From a bacterium (GTDB taxonomy: Bacteria; SZUA-182; DTGQ01; JAFGSM01), in contig JBLIRP010000013.1 in assembly GCA_049472355.1 (NCBI GenBank), positions 1 through 38,639 on the forward strand: DNA of 38,639 bases, given 5' to 3'. Under the pieces are notes generated by a model, which was not told the origin of the DNA, made no database searches, and worked only from the letters and a program-made list of their open reading frames with translations. Positions within the stretch are counted from its first letter, which is position 1, and each line of letters opens with the position of its first letter. Shown here piece by piece: positions 1 to 9,866 of this stretch. The translations under genes were made by a program, and so were the position numbers.

Positions 1-311
1 TGCACGGCGACGTTACCCATGCCTATCACCTCTACGTGGTCCGGTTGGATTCATCACGGTTCAAGGCAGGCCGCGAGGTCATGTTCAAGGCACTGCGCGC
101 TGAGGGCATAGGGGTGAACGTTCACTATATCCCGGTGCACCTGCACCCCTTTTATCGTTCACGCTTCGGAACGACACGGGGAATGTGCCCGGCAGCGGAA
201 GAGGCATACGAAGAGATCCTGTCGCTTCCCATCTTTCCCGGCATGTCATCCGGGGACAGGGAGGATGTGATCAGGGCGCTGCGGAAGGTTGTGAGCGGCC
301 TGAGACGATAG
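1..311 (+). CDS. pseC: PseC-like DegT/DnrJ/EryC1/StrS aminotransferase, C-terminal part (5'-truncated by window)
   Basis: Frame is open from the window edge: HAYHLYVVR...GIGVNVHYIPVHLHPFY...AEEAYEEILSLPIFPGM, a typical PseC C-terminus. It lies upstream of pseG and pseI. Confidence 0.8.
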   Translation, partial: HGDVTHAYHLYVVRLDSSRFKAGREVMFKALRAEGIGVNVHYIPVHLHPFYRSRFGTTRGMCPAAEEAYEEILSLPIFPGMSSGDREDVIRALRKVVSGLRR

Positions 312-395
312 ATGCATGGAGGTGCCCGTGGAGGATCGGTGTCCTTCATAGCAACTACCAATGCTTGATGAGCGAAAGGAAAGGAGGCGTGAACC

Positions 396-1091
396 ATGAC
401 CCGTGTCACCGAGCAGATGGAGCAATGGGCAGGGGTGTTCGGCAGGGAGTATACCGACAGGAATGACTGGTCGCTCGAGGATGTGGATGCCTTTTATCTG
501 AAGAACTACGGCATAACCCGCACCATGATGAACCGGCAGTTCCTGATGGGCATGCCTACCTCCATGCGGATACTCGAGGTGGGGTGTAATGTGGGCAATC
601 AACTGCTGCTGCTTAAAAAAATGGGATTCGTCAATCTCTATGGTATCGAGCTGCAGGATTACGCCGTGGAAAAGGCAAAATCGCGTACCGCACAAATAAA
701 TATAATCAAAGGGGCGGCATGTGATATCCCCTTCAAGGACAATTACTTTGACATGGTGTTTACCTCCGGGCTCCTCATCCACATAAGCCCTGCGGACGTG
801 CATATGGTCCTGGAGGAGATATACCGGTGCACACGTGAATACATATGGGGATTTGAATACTATGCGGACCTGTGCACCGAGATCAATTACCGGGGTAACA
901 AGAACCTGTTGTGGAAAAATGACTTTGCGAAGCTCTACCTTGATTTGTTCCAGGGCCTGGAGTTGATCAAGGATGATCGCTACAAATATATCGACAATGA
1001 CAATTTCGATGCCATGTTTCTCTTGCGGAAGAACCAGGGGGATATGGGGAGGCGCACCTCCCTGACCTCCAGGACGATACCGGACGTGTGA
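396..1091 (+). CDS. Pseudaminic acid biosynthesis-associated SAM-dependent methylase
   Basis: EQWAGVFGREYTDRN N-terminus, ILEVGCNVG SAM motif, FTSGLLIHISP and YRG..LWKNDFA. Strong RBS (aggagg) and pse gene context. Confidence 0.85.
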   Translation: MTRVTEQMEQWAGVFGREYTDRNDWSLEDVDAFYLKNYGITRTMMNRQFLMGMPTSMRILEVGCNVGNQLLLLKKMGFVNLYGIELQDYAVEKAKSRTAQINIIKGAACDIPFKDNYFDMVFTSGLLIHISPADVHMVLEEIYRCTREYIWGFEYYADLCTEINYRGNKNLLWKNDFAKLYLDLFQGLELIKDDRYKYIDNDNFDAMFLLRKNQGDMGRRTSLTSRTIPDV

Positions 1092-1191
1092 TTAGCGGGG
1101 CAATGGCCGCATTGCGGGGAAGGGGAGGCACACAGGCGCACCCCCGTACCCGTTGTCATCGAGGTATTGATCGGTTAGGGTGTAACGGTTT

Positions 1192-2265
1192 ATGGAGAAG
1201 CCATTATTCATACGTGTCGATTCAGGGGTCCGTATCGGTGCGGGGCACGTGATGCGATGTCTCGCCCTCGCCCAGGCCTGGACATCTACGGGAGGGAAGG
1301 CCGCGTTCATTACCGCGAGCGAGGGACAGGGCCTGGTGGGGCGTCTTGCAGCGGAGGGTTTTCCCGTCGCCCGGCTGGAGGAGGCCCATCCCCTCTCAGG
1401 GGACTGGGAAACCACCGCCGGCATCCTGTCCGCACATCCGGGTGCATGGGTCGTACTGGACGGGTACCACTTTGATCCCGAATACCAGCACAGGGTAAGA
1501 GAAGCCGGCCATCCCCTCGCGGTCATCGACGACACCGCGCATCTCGACCATTACCGCGCCGATATCCTGGTGAATCAGAACATCCGTGCGGAAACGATCG
1601 ACTATTCGTGCGAGAGGCACACCCGGCTGCTTCTCGGCCCTCCATATACGCTTTTACGCACCGAGTTTCTCCGGTATCGGGGGTGGGTGCGGGAGGCCCG
1701 GAAAACCGCCCGGCGGGTGCTGGTGATGATGGGGGGGAGCGACCCCGGAAACCAGACCGGCCGGGTGATCCGCAGCCTGCACCAGGCGGGGATGGATCAC
1801 CTCGAGGTCACCTGCGTGGTTGGAGTGGACAATCCCCATATGCGGGAATTGGAGTCCCTGGCAGGGAGCCTTCCATTACAGGTCAGGGTACTTCAAGACC
1901 CTCCCGACATACCGGGGCTCATGGCATGGGCGGACGCGGCGATCTCCGGAGCAGGGAGCACCTGCTGGGAGCTTGCCTTCATGGGGCTGCCTGCGGCGGT
2001 CCTGGTGCTTGCCGATAATCAACGCGGGATTGCTGCCGGGCTTGCCGCGTACGGCACGGTGATCAATCTGGGCGAAGCGGCCGAGGCACCGGATGCGCAC
2101 ATGGCCGAGGCACCGGATGCGCACATGGCCGAGGCGCTCAGCTCGCTCATCGGGGACCGGGGACTTCGCGCGGATATGAGCCGCAAGGGGCGAGAGCTTA
2201 TAGACGGCCGGGGCGCCGAGCGGGTTGTCGAGAACCTGAGGCGATGGTCCCCTTCAGCGAAATAA
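1192..2265 (+). CDS. pseG: UDP-2,4-diacetamido-2,4,6-trideoxy-beta-L-altropyranose hydrolase (PseG/SpsG)
   Basis: IRVDSGVRIGAGHVMRCLALA, VLDGYHF, MMGGSDP, AISGAGSTCWE, ADNQ and IDGRGAERV motifs. Confidence 0.9.
   Translation: MEKPLFIRVDSGVRIGAGHVMRCLALAQAWTSTGGKAAFITASEGQGLVGRLAAEGFPVARLEEAHPLSGDWETTAGILSAHPGAWVVLDGYHFDPEYQHRVREAGHPLAVIDDTAHLDHYRADILVNQNIRAETIDYSCERHTRLLLGPPYTLLRTEFLRYRGWVREARKTARRVLVMMGGSDPGNQTGRVIRSLHQAGMDHLEVTCVVGVDNPHMRELESLAGSLPLQVRVLQDPPDIPGLMAWADAAISGAGSTCWELAFMGLPAAVLVLADNQRGIAAGLAAYGTVINLGEAAEAPDAHMAEAPDAHMAEALSSLIGDRGLRADMSRKGRELIDGRGAERVVENLRRWSPSAK
2079..2135 (+). repeat. In-frame 24-bp perfect tandem duplication inside pseG (EAPDAHMA x2)
   Basis: ggccgaggcaccggatgcgcacat occurs at 2079-2102 and 2103-2126, followed by a partial ggccgaggc at 2127-2135. 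Confidence 0.95.
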
Positions 2266-2336
2266 TGGCCATGCCTGTGCACGTGTGAATGACCGATCCG
2301 GGGCGGGCAGCGACCATGACAGGGAGTGCATAAACC

Positions 2337-3392
2337 ATGTATATTGAGATCAACGGACGGCGCATCGGACCGGGGTATCCCCTCTACATCGTCGCCGAGA
2401 TGTCGGCCAACCACTGCCAGGATTTCGACCTGGCGGTCAAGATCATACGGATCGCCAAGGAGGCGGGTGCGGATGCCGTCAAGATCCAGACGTATACGCC
2501 CGACACCCTGACCATCGATTGCGACGACGACCTATTTAAAATCAAGGGCACCCTGTGGAACGGCCGGACCCTCCATGACCTGTACGGTGAGGCATACACC
2601 CCGTGGGACTGGCAGCCCAGGCTCAAGGAGATCGCCAACGAATTAGGAATCGACCTCTTCTCCACGGCCTTTGACGAGACCTCCGTGGAATTCCTCGAAT
2701 CCATGGATGTGCCCGCCTACAAGGTGGCATCCTTCGAGAACGTCGATCTGCCCCTCCTGCGCAGGATCGCCCGGACCGGCAAGCCCGTCGTCATCTCCAC
2801 GGGCATGGCAACCCTGGCGGAGATCGACGAGGCGGTGAGGACCTTCCGGGAGGCAGGGGGACGCGAATGCGCGCTCCTGAAGTGCACCAGCGCCTATCCT
2901 GCACCATCCGAGGGGATGAACCTCCGGACCATCCCACACCTGATGGAGACCTTCGGGGTGCCCGCCGGCCTCTCCGACCACACCCTGGACCCGGCGGTGC
3001 CGGTGGCAGCGGTGTCTCTCGGGGCCTGCATCATCGAAAAACACCTCAGCCTGTCCAGGTCGATGCCCGGTCCGGATAGTGCCTTCTCTCTGGAGCCGCA
3101 TGAATTCAGCGCCATGGCCTTCGCGGCCCGCACCGCCTGGAAGGCGCTCGGCACTGTGTCATATGGGCCGACCGATGCAGAGTCCGCCTCCAGGGTCTTC
3201 AGGCGATCCCTCTTCGTGGTAAAGGACATGAAGGAGGGAGCGCGGTTCACCCCGGAGAACGTGCGATCGATCCGTCCCGGCAATGGCCTGCATACGCGGT
3301 ATCTCCCGAATGTCCTGGGCAGGCGGGCGGTCCGGAAAATCAAGCGCGGCACCCCCCTCTCCTGGGACCTTGTGGGGGGGGAAAAGGATTAA
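2337..3392 (+). CDS. pseI: Pseudaminic acid synthase (NeuB family with C-terminal SAF domain)
   Basis: IVAEMSANH, DAVKIQTYTPDTLT, KVASFE, KCTSAYP, GLSDHT, IEKH, DSAFSLEP and FRRSLFVVKD..IRPGNGL. Confidence 0.92.
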   Translation: MYIEINGRRIGPGYPLYIVAEMSANHCQDFDLAVKIIRIAKEAGADAVKIQTYTPDTLTIDCDDDLFKIKGTLWNGRTLHDLYGEAYTPWDWQPRLKEIANELGIDLFSTAFDETSVEFLESMDVPAYKVASFENVDLPLLRRIARTGKPVVISTGMATLAEIDEAVRTFREAGGRECALLKCTSAYPAPSEGMNLRTIPHLMETFGVPAGLSDHTLDPAVPVAAVSLGACIIEKHLSLSRSMPGPDSAFSLEPHEFSAMAFAARTAWKALGTVSYGPTDAESASRVFRRSLFVVKDMKEGARFTPENVRSIRPGNGLHTRYLPNVLGRRAVRKIKRGTPLSWDLVGGEKD

Positions 3393-3533
3393 AAATCCAA
3401 GGCGTGTTCAGGATTGAGATCACCTTACGAAAAACCACGTAAACCTGCCTCATTTTGCCGATAAGTATACATACTACAGGAACTTATCGATACATATGTC
3501 TCGGGGCGCCCCTGAGCATCATCTCGTGATCCT

Positions 3534-4982
3534 ATGTCACTGACATTGGTAAAAAATACGTCACTCTATACCGTTGGGAACATCCTGCCCCAGGTGGCCG
3601 GTTTTCTCCTCCTGCCGGTCTATACCCGCTATCTGACCCCCAAGGACTACGGAATCGTCAGCTCCATGCAGGTGCTGATGGCCATCACCGCCGTCATCTT
3701 CACCCTGGCCATGGAGAGATCCCTCTACCGTCTTTACTGGGATTGTAAGACGGAACAGGAAAAGCAGGAGTACCTGGGCACGGTGGCCGTGGCCCTCATC
3801 CTCATCGCACTGATCGAGCTCGGCATTATATTTGTGTCCAGGCGGTGGATCGGCAGGATATTCGTGACCATCGACTTTTACCCGTTTTACGCCTACGCCA
3901 TACTCGCCATGTTTTTTTCGGTGTTTTCCCACATCCCCAAGATACACCTGCAGCTCGAACAGAGGGCGGGTTCCTTCGTGTTCCTTTCCCTCATCCAGTT
4001 TGCCGTCACCACCGGGCTGGTGCTCTGGTTCGTGGTGGTCCGCAAATCAGGGGCGGAGGGAATGCTGCTGGGGAGGATGCTTGGGCCCGCAGTGCTTGCG
4101 GGCATCTTCATCTATCTGACCGCACAGCGCATCAGGTTCTGCTTCAAGCCACGGATTCTCAAGGAGACCCTTGCCTACTCAATCCCCCTCGTACCCACCA
4201 TGCTGTGTGCATGGATATTGAACCTCTCCGACCGGATATTCATCGAACGGTATTTCTCCCTGGAGGACGTGGGGATCTATTCACTGGGTTACAAGCTCGG
4301 GGAGATCGTGCTGCTCATATCGGGCGGGTTCGGCATGGCATACAATCCCATCTATTTCGAGCTGGCGAACTCACCCGACCAGGAGAGCGCGAGAAACCGT
4401 CTCTTCCAGTATAACAACCGGTTCCTGATGGTGGTCCTGCTGATCTCGTTCGGCATCTGCCTCTTTGCAAAGGAGGCGGTGGTGCTCTTCCTGGACCCCC
4501 GGTATGAGAAGGCATACCAGATCGTCCCCTTCATCGTGCTTGCCTACTTCATCCAGGAGGTCTCGCACCTGCTGAACCTCTCCATATACCAGGAAAAGAG
4601 GACCAAGATGGTGATGTCCATACAGATGGCAGGCGCCCTCATGAATATCGGCATGAATTTCCTCCTGGTCCCTGCATTCGGGGCGTTCGGCGCCGCCTAT
4701 GCCACGGTGCTGTCCTTTGCAGGCATCTTTGTGCTGAAATACTGGTATGCAAAACGCTGCTATTTCATCCCCTTCAAGTGGAGGCAGTTGCTGTGCTGCA
4801 TTGCCCTGCTCACCGGGGTTGTTGCGGCCCAGTATGCCATTGACATAAACCTGTATTATCTTTTTGCGCTGAAACTGATGCTTGTCCTGACCGTCCTGGC
4901 GGTGTTCGCTCGGAGGCACTATGATACGGTGCTGATGATCTTCGCGGGCGCCGGCAAGGGCGTGAGCAGGGCGGGTTCTTAG
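3534..4982 (+). CDS. wzx: Wzx/MOP-family oligosaccharide flippase
   Basis: 482 aa with many hydrophobic helices. Motifs KNTSLYTVGNIL...LLLPVYTRYLTPKDYG, DRIFI...VGIYSLGYK and LLVPAFGAFGAAYAT. Confidence 0.88.
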   Translation: MSLTLVKNTSLYTVGNILPQVAGFLLLPVYTRYLTPKDYGIVSSMQVLMAITAVIFTLAMERSLYRLYWDCKTEQEKQEYLGTVAVALILIALIELGIIFVSRRWIGRIFVTIDFYPFYAYAILAMFFSVFSHIPKIHLQLEQRAGSFVFLSLIQFAVTTGLVLWFVVVRKSGAEGMLLGRMLGPAVLAGIFIYLTAQRIRFCFKPRILKETLAYSIPLVPTMLCAWILNLSDRIFIERYFSLEDVGIYSLGYKLGEIVLLISGGFGMAYNPIYFELANSPDQESARNRLFQYNNRFLMVVLLISFGICLFAKEAVVLFLDPRYEKAYQIVPFIVLAYFIQEVSHLLNLSIYQEKRTKMVMSIQMAGALMNIGMNFLLVPAFGAFGAAYATVLSFAGIFVLKYWYAKRCYFIPFKWRQLLCCIALLTGVVAAQYAIDINLYYLFALKLMLVLTVLAVFARRHYDTVLMIFAGAGKGVSRAGS

Positions 4983-4992
4983 AGGGAATGGC

Positions 4993-6036
4993 ATGACGGT
5001 CGTGTTCTGTCTCTCATATCTCAATCTTCCCATTACATTGAGCATCGTTGATCGCAGCGGTGATGACTTCCTCATCGTCACCTCAAGCCCCTCCCTGTAC
5101 AAGTTCCTGTCCTGTCTCTTCCCCGGTGAAAGGCTGATGTACATAGAGCCGCCCTTCCTTGAGGACCGGTCTCCGGTGCGCATGGTGAGGAATCTGATAC
5201 GGGTTGGACACTATAAGAAAAAGATATATGCCCTGTTCAAGGGATTCAGAAACGCCGATGTCCATTTCTTCGGCATATTCAGTTGTGAATTCGAGGCATG
5301 GCTTGTAAAACGGCTCTCATCCCTGAACAACATCTATTACAATTCGCTTGTGGACGTGAGCAACCTGATGCCTGCGCGGGGCCTCAAGGTTTTGGTCGGC
5401 AGGTGCCTTCGGCGCATGGCATACAATATTGAATTCAGCGCCCTGTACAATGGAAAGACCATTTACTACGGCGTATCCGATGCATTCCTCAACAAGGTCA
5501 AGTCCCGTCCCCTCGTCGTCCCCGTAGATGAGCGGCGCCTCGAAAAAATTGCGGCCGAGCGGCTGGATCTGCGCCTGGAGGGGAGAAGGATACTGTTCCT
5601 GTGCGGGGGGATCGCCGGGATTTACGTGGATATGGCCGAGTACACCGCCAAGGTGGACAGCCTGATCAGCGCGTTGAAGGGGCGTTTCGGCGAGCACGCA
5701 CTGGCGATCAAGGCCCATCCCCGTTATGACGAGCACCATTCGGAGGAGGAAACCCTGTTCAGGATACCGGCGTATATCCCCGCGTCACTCATTATGCATC
5801 AATTCGACGTGGTCATAGGGTACTTCAGCTCCGCCCTGTTCGAGGCGGCAATGAAAGGAAAGCAGGTGATTTCCATGCTCAGTCTGTTGGAGCCGGGGTA
5901 CATGGAAATACGCAAGGGGTATATCGCCTATCTCAGCAACAACTCTGGAAACCGGGTGCTCTTTCCGGGGTCCGTTGAAGAGGCCGTGGATTTCATAGGG
6001 CATGCGTTGGCGCAGGAGGAGATGACCGTTACATGA
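4993..6036 (+). CDS. Hypothetical protein, putative sialyltransferase-like (nonulosonate) glycosyltransferase
   Basis: 347-aa ORF with an RBS directly after wzx. The C-terminal half has IKAHPR (HP motif) and VIGYFSSALFEA, resembling bacterial CMP-nonulosonate transferases. Function is inferred. Confidence 0.55.
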   Translation: MTVVFCLSYLNLPITLSIVDRSGDDFLIVTSSPSLYKFLSCLFPGERLMYIEPPFLEDRSPVRMVRNLIRVGHYKKKIYALFKGFRNADVHFFGIFSCEFEAWLVKRLSSLNNIYYNSLVDVSNLMPARGLKVLVGRCLRRMAYNIEFSALYNGKTIYYGVSDAFLNKVKSRPLVVPVDERRLEKIAAERLDLRLEGRRILFLCGGIAGIYVDMAEYTAKVDSLISALKGRFGEHALAIKAHPRYDEHHSEEETLFRIPAYIPASLIMHQFDVVIGYFSSALFEAAMKGKQVISMLSLLEPGYMEIRKGYIAYLSNNSGNRVLFPGSVEEAVDFIGHALAQEEMTVT

Positions 6037-6146
6037 CCAGTGTTACAAAGGAACATGGCACGCCCACCATTTCAGAACCGAAGGCATTGGGCAGCGAAGG
6101 GAAGCATCGTGCTGCATGAACCGGTCATAATTGAAGGGAGCAAACC

Positions 6147-6869
6147 GTGAACCGGCGACGGGCGACAGCCTTTATCCCGCTCTTTCTGAAGAAAATGATC
6201 CTCCGGGAATACATCAGGCAGAAATACGGGGTGCGGTTTCACCGGAGCGTATCGGTCTCCCGAGACACCGTGTTCGAGGGAAGGAACGTGGTGGAACAGG
6301 GGTGCGACGTGGGGGGGGCGTTCATCGGTCTCGGCACCTACATCGCCTCGAACGCGCAACTGCCCGCGACGAGAATCGGGCGGTTCTGCTCGATCGGACA
6401 ATGTGTGCAGACCTTCCTGGGCAGGCATCCCACCGGCCTTTTTGTGAGCACCCATCCCGCGTTCTTTTCCCCCGGGGCGCAGGCGGGATTTACCTTTACC
6501 GGTGAACAGTTGTTCGATGAGCACGCCTATGTCGATGCGGAGGGAAAATACGTGGTGGAGATCGGGAATGACGTCTGGATCGGCAATCACGCCAGGATCA
6601 TGGACGGGGTGCGCATCGGCGACGGGGCGGTCATAGGCCTGGGGAGCGTGGTGACCAGGGATGTGGAGGCATACTCCATCAATGCGGGTGTGCCCTCGCG
6701 GGGGATTGGGTATCGCTTCACCCCGGATCAGATCTCCTTCCTGCTGTCATTCAAATGGTGGGAACGGGATTTCGAATGGATCAAGGAGAACAGCCGGATG
6801 TTCTCCGATATCGAGCTGTTCATGAAGAACGCCCCCATCTTGAATGCACAAAATGAGGTCAGGTCTTGA
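6147..6869 (+). CDS. CatB/Vat-related hexapeptide-repeat O-acetyltransferase
   Basis: [38 protein letters not shown]...IGYRF and KWW motifs. RBS is gggag. Confidence 0.88.
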   Translation: MNRRRATAFIPLFLKKMILREYIRQKYGVRFHRSVSVSRDTVFEGRNVVEQGCDVGGAFIGLGTYIASNAQLPATRIGRFCSIGQCVQTFLGRHPTGLFVSTHPAFFSPGAQAGFTFTGEQLFDEHAYVDAEGKYVVEIGNDVWIGNHARIMDGVRIGDGAVIGLGSVVTRDVEAYSINAGVPSRGIGYRFTPDQISFLLSFKWWERDFEWIKENSRMFSDIELFMKNAPILNAQNEVRS

Positions 6870-7073
6870 AATATCAGTTTTTTGGAACAAACTCTCATGC
6901 CGCTTTAGTGGCGCCACGAAGCATGAAAATATAATTTTATTTTCAGAGCAAACCCTCATGGCCCTTCGGGCCGCCACGAAGCATGAGCAAAACAAAATGG
7001 GGTCAGGTCTTGAAATATCAGTTTCTTGGAACAAACCCTCATGCCGTTTTGCGGCGCCACGAAGCATGAAAAT
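6848..7073 (+). repeat. Imperfect ~82-bp direct repeat (6848-6930 and 6992-7073) with an extra internal hairpin unit (6958-6990)
   Basis: acaaaatg(a/g)ggtcaggtcttgaaatatcagttt(t/c)ttggaacaaac(t/c)ctcatgccg...gcgccacgaagcatgaaaat is present twice. Confidence 0.93.
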
Positions 7074-7115
7074 CTATTTTCGGGACAAAAACTGACAATT
7101 CAAGACCTGACCCCA
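6998..7115. repeat. MITE/REP-like element with 27-bp terminal inverted repeats
   Basis: tggggtcaggtcttgaaatatcagttt (6998-7024) matches the reverse complement of 7089-7115 (tggggtcaggtcttgaattgtcagttt) at 25/27 positions. The right end continues into the stutter ctgaccccaaggtg x2 + ccaaggtg (7107-7142). Confidence 0.8.
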
Positions 7116-7224
7116 AGGTGCTGACCCCAAGGTGCCAAGGTGCGCTTCGGCCTTTTACCGAAAAGTAATAAACGGGGTGATGCCGCGCAATTGCGCGAGA
7201 ACAGCATCGAGCAGGGAGAGATCG

Positions 7225-8070
7225 ATGGACCGGGAGTTTCCCAAAATCAGCATTGTCACGCCGGTGTACAACAACGCACGGTTCATCGAGTCGTGCATCC
7301 TCTCGGTACTGGACCAGGGATATCCCAACCTCGAATACATCGTCATGGACGGCGGCTCCGATGACGGCACCGCGGAAATCGTCAAACGATATGAACAACA
7401 CCTGCATCATTGGGAGTCCTGTCCCGACCGGGGCCAGACCCACGCCCTGAACAAGGGTTTTGCCCATGCAACCGGTGATGTCCGTGCCTGGCTGAATGCC
7501 GACGAGGGGTATATGCCGGGCGCCCTTCTGGAGGTGGGCGCCGCCTTCCGGGATGACCCTGGTCTCGATTTTGTCTATGGCGGCAGGATCATCGTTGACA
7601 GCGAGGGGAGGGAGATCGGCAGGAGGCGGTGGCCTCCCATGCACCCCCGCTGGCACCTCCTCTACCGCATGACGCAACTGCCCACGGACGCGAGCTTCTG
7701 GAGCGCGCGGGGCCATCGGATGACCGGCGAGCTCGACGAGGAGCGCTTCCCCCGGCTGGGCATGGATGCCGACTGGCTTGTGCGGCTCAGCATGCATGTG
7801 CGGCGCTGGAGACGCATTCCCCGCTACCTTTCCCGATTCACCGAGCGTCCCGACCGGGCAACCGCCCTTGGAGATTCCCTGGATCCCGGGGTCCTGCTGC
7901 AAAACGACTACCTGGCCCGGCAGCGGATCGTCGAACGCTACGGCATTTCGCGGGCCCGGCTTTTCTGGGGGTGGCTGCTTTCCGGTGTATGGTGCAGGGT
8001 CTGCGAGGGGAGGCTTGCCTTCCCGCACCTTCTGGCATCCTTCAGGCAGATGTTCTTCATGGAGACATAG
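7225..8070 (+). CDS. Glycosyltransferase family 2 (WcaE-like)
   Basis: PKISIVTPVYN, IVMDGGSDDGT, DRGQTHALNKG and WLNADE. Start moved to ATG 7225, which follows a gggag RBS. Confidence 0.88.
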   Translation: MDREFPKISIVTPVYNNARFIESCILSVLDQGYPNLEYIVMDGGSDDGTAEIVKRYEQHLHHWESCPDRGQTHALNKGFAHATGDVRAWLNADEGYMPGALLEVGAAFRDDPGLDFVYGGRIIVDSEGREIGRRRWPPMHPRWHLLYRMTQLPTDASFWSARGHRMTGELDEERFPRLGMDADWLVRLSMHVRRWRRIPRYLSRFTERPDRATALGDSLDPGVLLQNDYLARQRIVERYGISRARLFWGWLLSGVWCRVCEGRLAFPHLLASFRQMFFMET

Positions 8071-8155
8071 CCTTAGGCTTATGGGGGAAACCATCCCAAA
8101 GGTCGGATTCACCTGAAAGGGGATCCCTTGGAATTTGATTGGGCGGTGTGCCGCC

Positions 8156-8929
8156 TTAGGGTGTGCCGTTCTTGCGGGCGATGACCCCCATGTTCCAGTC
8201 CCGTTCGGTCAGGGGGCTGTTCAGGCAGGCAAAGGGGCAGAGGCTGGTGGCGCCGAACCCCGCCTTTTCAAGGAAGTAGGCGATCTCCTGGGGGAAGAAG
8301 AAGCGCATGGGGTGCGTTTCCTCCACCTCGGAGAGCACGGAGTGGTCTTCGAGGTGCCACATCCTGAAGTTTATCAGCACGGTTTGATCGATCGCATTCA
8401 CCATGGGGGTGGTGAAGCGGATGACCCGCTCCTTCTCTCCTGATGACACATCCCTCAGCCGGCAGGTCGGCCGGTCGGAGAGCACTGCCAATCCGTTCCA
8501 GCAATCGAAGGCGAACACGCCCCCTTCGTGAAGGTGCCCGGATGCGGCGGCACAGAAGGCCTCCACATCCTCATTCCGCGTCTGGTAGCTCATCACCGCG
8601 AACATGGCGATAACCGCGTCGAACGACCTGTCCAGGGCAAGATCGCGAATATCCGATTCCACAAACTCTATGGAGAGGTTTTCCCTCCGGGCCTTTTCCC
8701 TGGCGATGCTCACCATCCTATGGGAACGGTCCACACCGGTGACGCTGTATCCCCGCCGGGCGAGCACAAGGGCGTGGCCCCCGGTGCCGCATCCCAGGTC
8801 CAGGATGGTTCGCACGGGGTTGCCGCCCTGGGCAAAGATCTCCTCCAGGAAATCGCACTCCCGGTCATATCCCTTCTCCTGGTACAGGAGATCATAGGCA
8901 GAGGCGTAGGTGGCCCCGAATACGCTCAT
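8156..8929 (-). CDS. Class I SAM-dependent methyltransferase
   Basis: YDLLYQEKGYDRE, ILDLGCGTGGH, GVDRS, FDAVIAMFAVMSY and EETHPMRFF. Start set at ATG 8929, just downstream of the sulfotransferase stop. Confidence 0.88.
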   Translation of the reverse strand: MSVFGATYASAYDLLYQEKGYDRECDFLEEIFAQGGNPVRTILDLGCGTGGHALVLARRGYSVTGVDRSHRMVSIAREKARRENLSIEFVESDIRDLALDRSFDAVIAMFAVMSYQTRNEDVEAFCAAASGHLHEGGVFAFDCWNGLAVLSDRPTCRLRDVSSGEKERVIRFTTPMVNAIDQTVLINFRMWHLEDHSVLSEVEETHPMRFFFPQEIAYFLEKAGFGATSLCPFACLNSPLTERDWNMGVIARKNGTP

Positions 8930-8933
8930 GACA

Positions 8934-9866
8934 TCACTTCCGCCGGCCCTCGGGGCCGCAGGCCTCACATTCGGTTTGCCCGCATGCCGCCAGGGCCCTC
9001 GTGCCTTCTGACCGCGAGGTGTCTGCTGTCTTCCCCGGGCGGGATCGCCCATATCCATAGGTCTCCATGACCTTTCCGAATTCATGGAAAAACCGCTCCT
9101 GCTGCTCGGGGCTCAGGGTCTCTTCCCACTGCCCCTGCTTCCCCGCCCGCACGAAACGGATATCCTTTCGGGTCTGCTTGAACAGCTCATTCTCGCTCGA
9201 TGCAGCGGTCTCCTTTTGCTTCATGCTGGTGAAGTCGTTTTCTCTTATTGCGTCATTGATCCGTTTCGAGTCGGCAGGAAGGCCCAGAAAGGCGGTGATC
9301 GTATGGACCATGATGGGGGTGTTCGCGAGCAGGTCCTCGTATCGCATGAACAGGACCCTGTCCTTTGCATTGGTTGCAGCCCGCTCCCATCCCCGGACGT
9401 GGTCATCCCACCTCCCGTAAGGGAGTCTGGAGCGGTCAAAAAAGATATCCAGGAATTCCTGGAGCGTACCGCTGATCCGGTTGAACTTGAGCATCCAGTA
9501 GTAGTAGGAGATCGCCACGTCCCTGGGGTCGCGGACGAGGTAGATGGCCTTTGGATAGCGCCGGTCATACGGCTCGTGGCTCTTGAGGTAGCGGGGTCGC
9601 GCCAGCCGCTCGAGCTGCGCATGGGTATTGACGTAGATGTCGGGGACGTATGATTCCATGGTGTCGAAGGTGATATCCACGCCGAAGATGATCGTGCCGA
9701 GAAGGAACCGTATCCAGGTGTTCCCTGATCGGGGATAGCAGACGACGAACACGTCGTCCGGATATATCTTCAGGTCATTTCCCGCTACGGCATCCCTGTT
9801 CCTGAATATCCTCCTGAAACATGTCGTTGTTTTCCGCAGGAAACTACATGGTTTGTTTTCCCTCAT
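8934..9866 (-). CDS. PAPS-dependent sulfotransferase (Sulfotransfer_1 / aryl-SULT-like)
   Basis: PDDVFVVCYPRSGNTW (5'-PSB), KSH, YLVRDPRDVAISYY (3'-PB), RYEDL and FVRAGKQGQW. Start set at ATG 9866 after aagggagg. Confidence 0.9.
   Translation of the reverse strand: MRENKPCSFLRKTTTCFRRIFRNRDAVAGNDLKIYPDDVFVVCYPRSGNTWIRFLLGTIIFGVDITFDTMESYVPDIYVNTHAQLERLARPRYLKSHEPYDRRYPKAIYLVRDPRDVAISYYYWMLKFNRISGTLQEFLDIFFDRSRLPYGRWDDHVRGWERAATNAKDRVLFMRYEDLLANTPIMVHTITAFLGLPADSKRINDAIRENDFTSMKQKETAASSENELFKQTRKDIRFVRAGKQGQWEETLSPEQQERFFHEFGKVMETYGYGRSRPGKTADTSRSEGTRALAACGQTECEACGPEGRRK

Noticed and set aside
6844..7095. 83-aa ORF with internal peptide repeats
   Set aside because: It is simply the translation of the DNA repeat cluster, with no independent coding evidence.
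6848..7143. Possible CRISPR array
   Set aside because: The units are degenerate and irregularly spaced, the intervening sequences are themselves repeated, and no cas genes are present.
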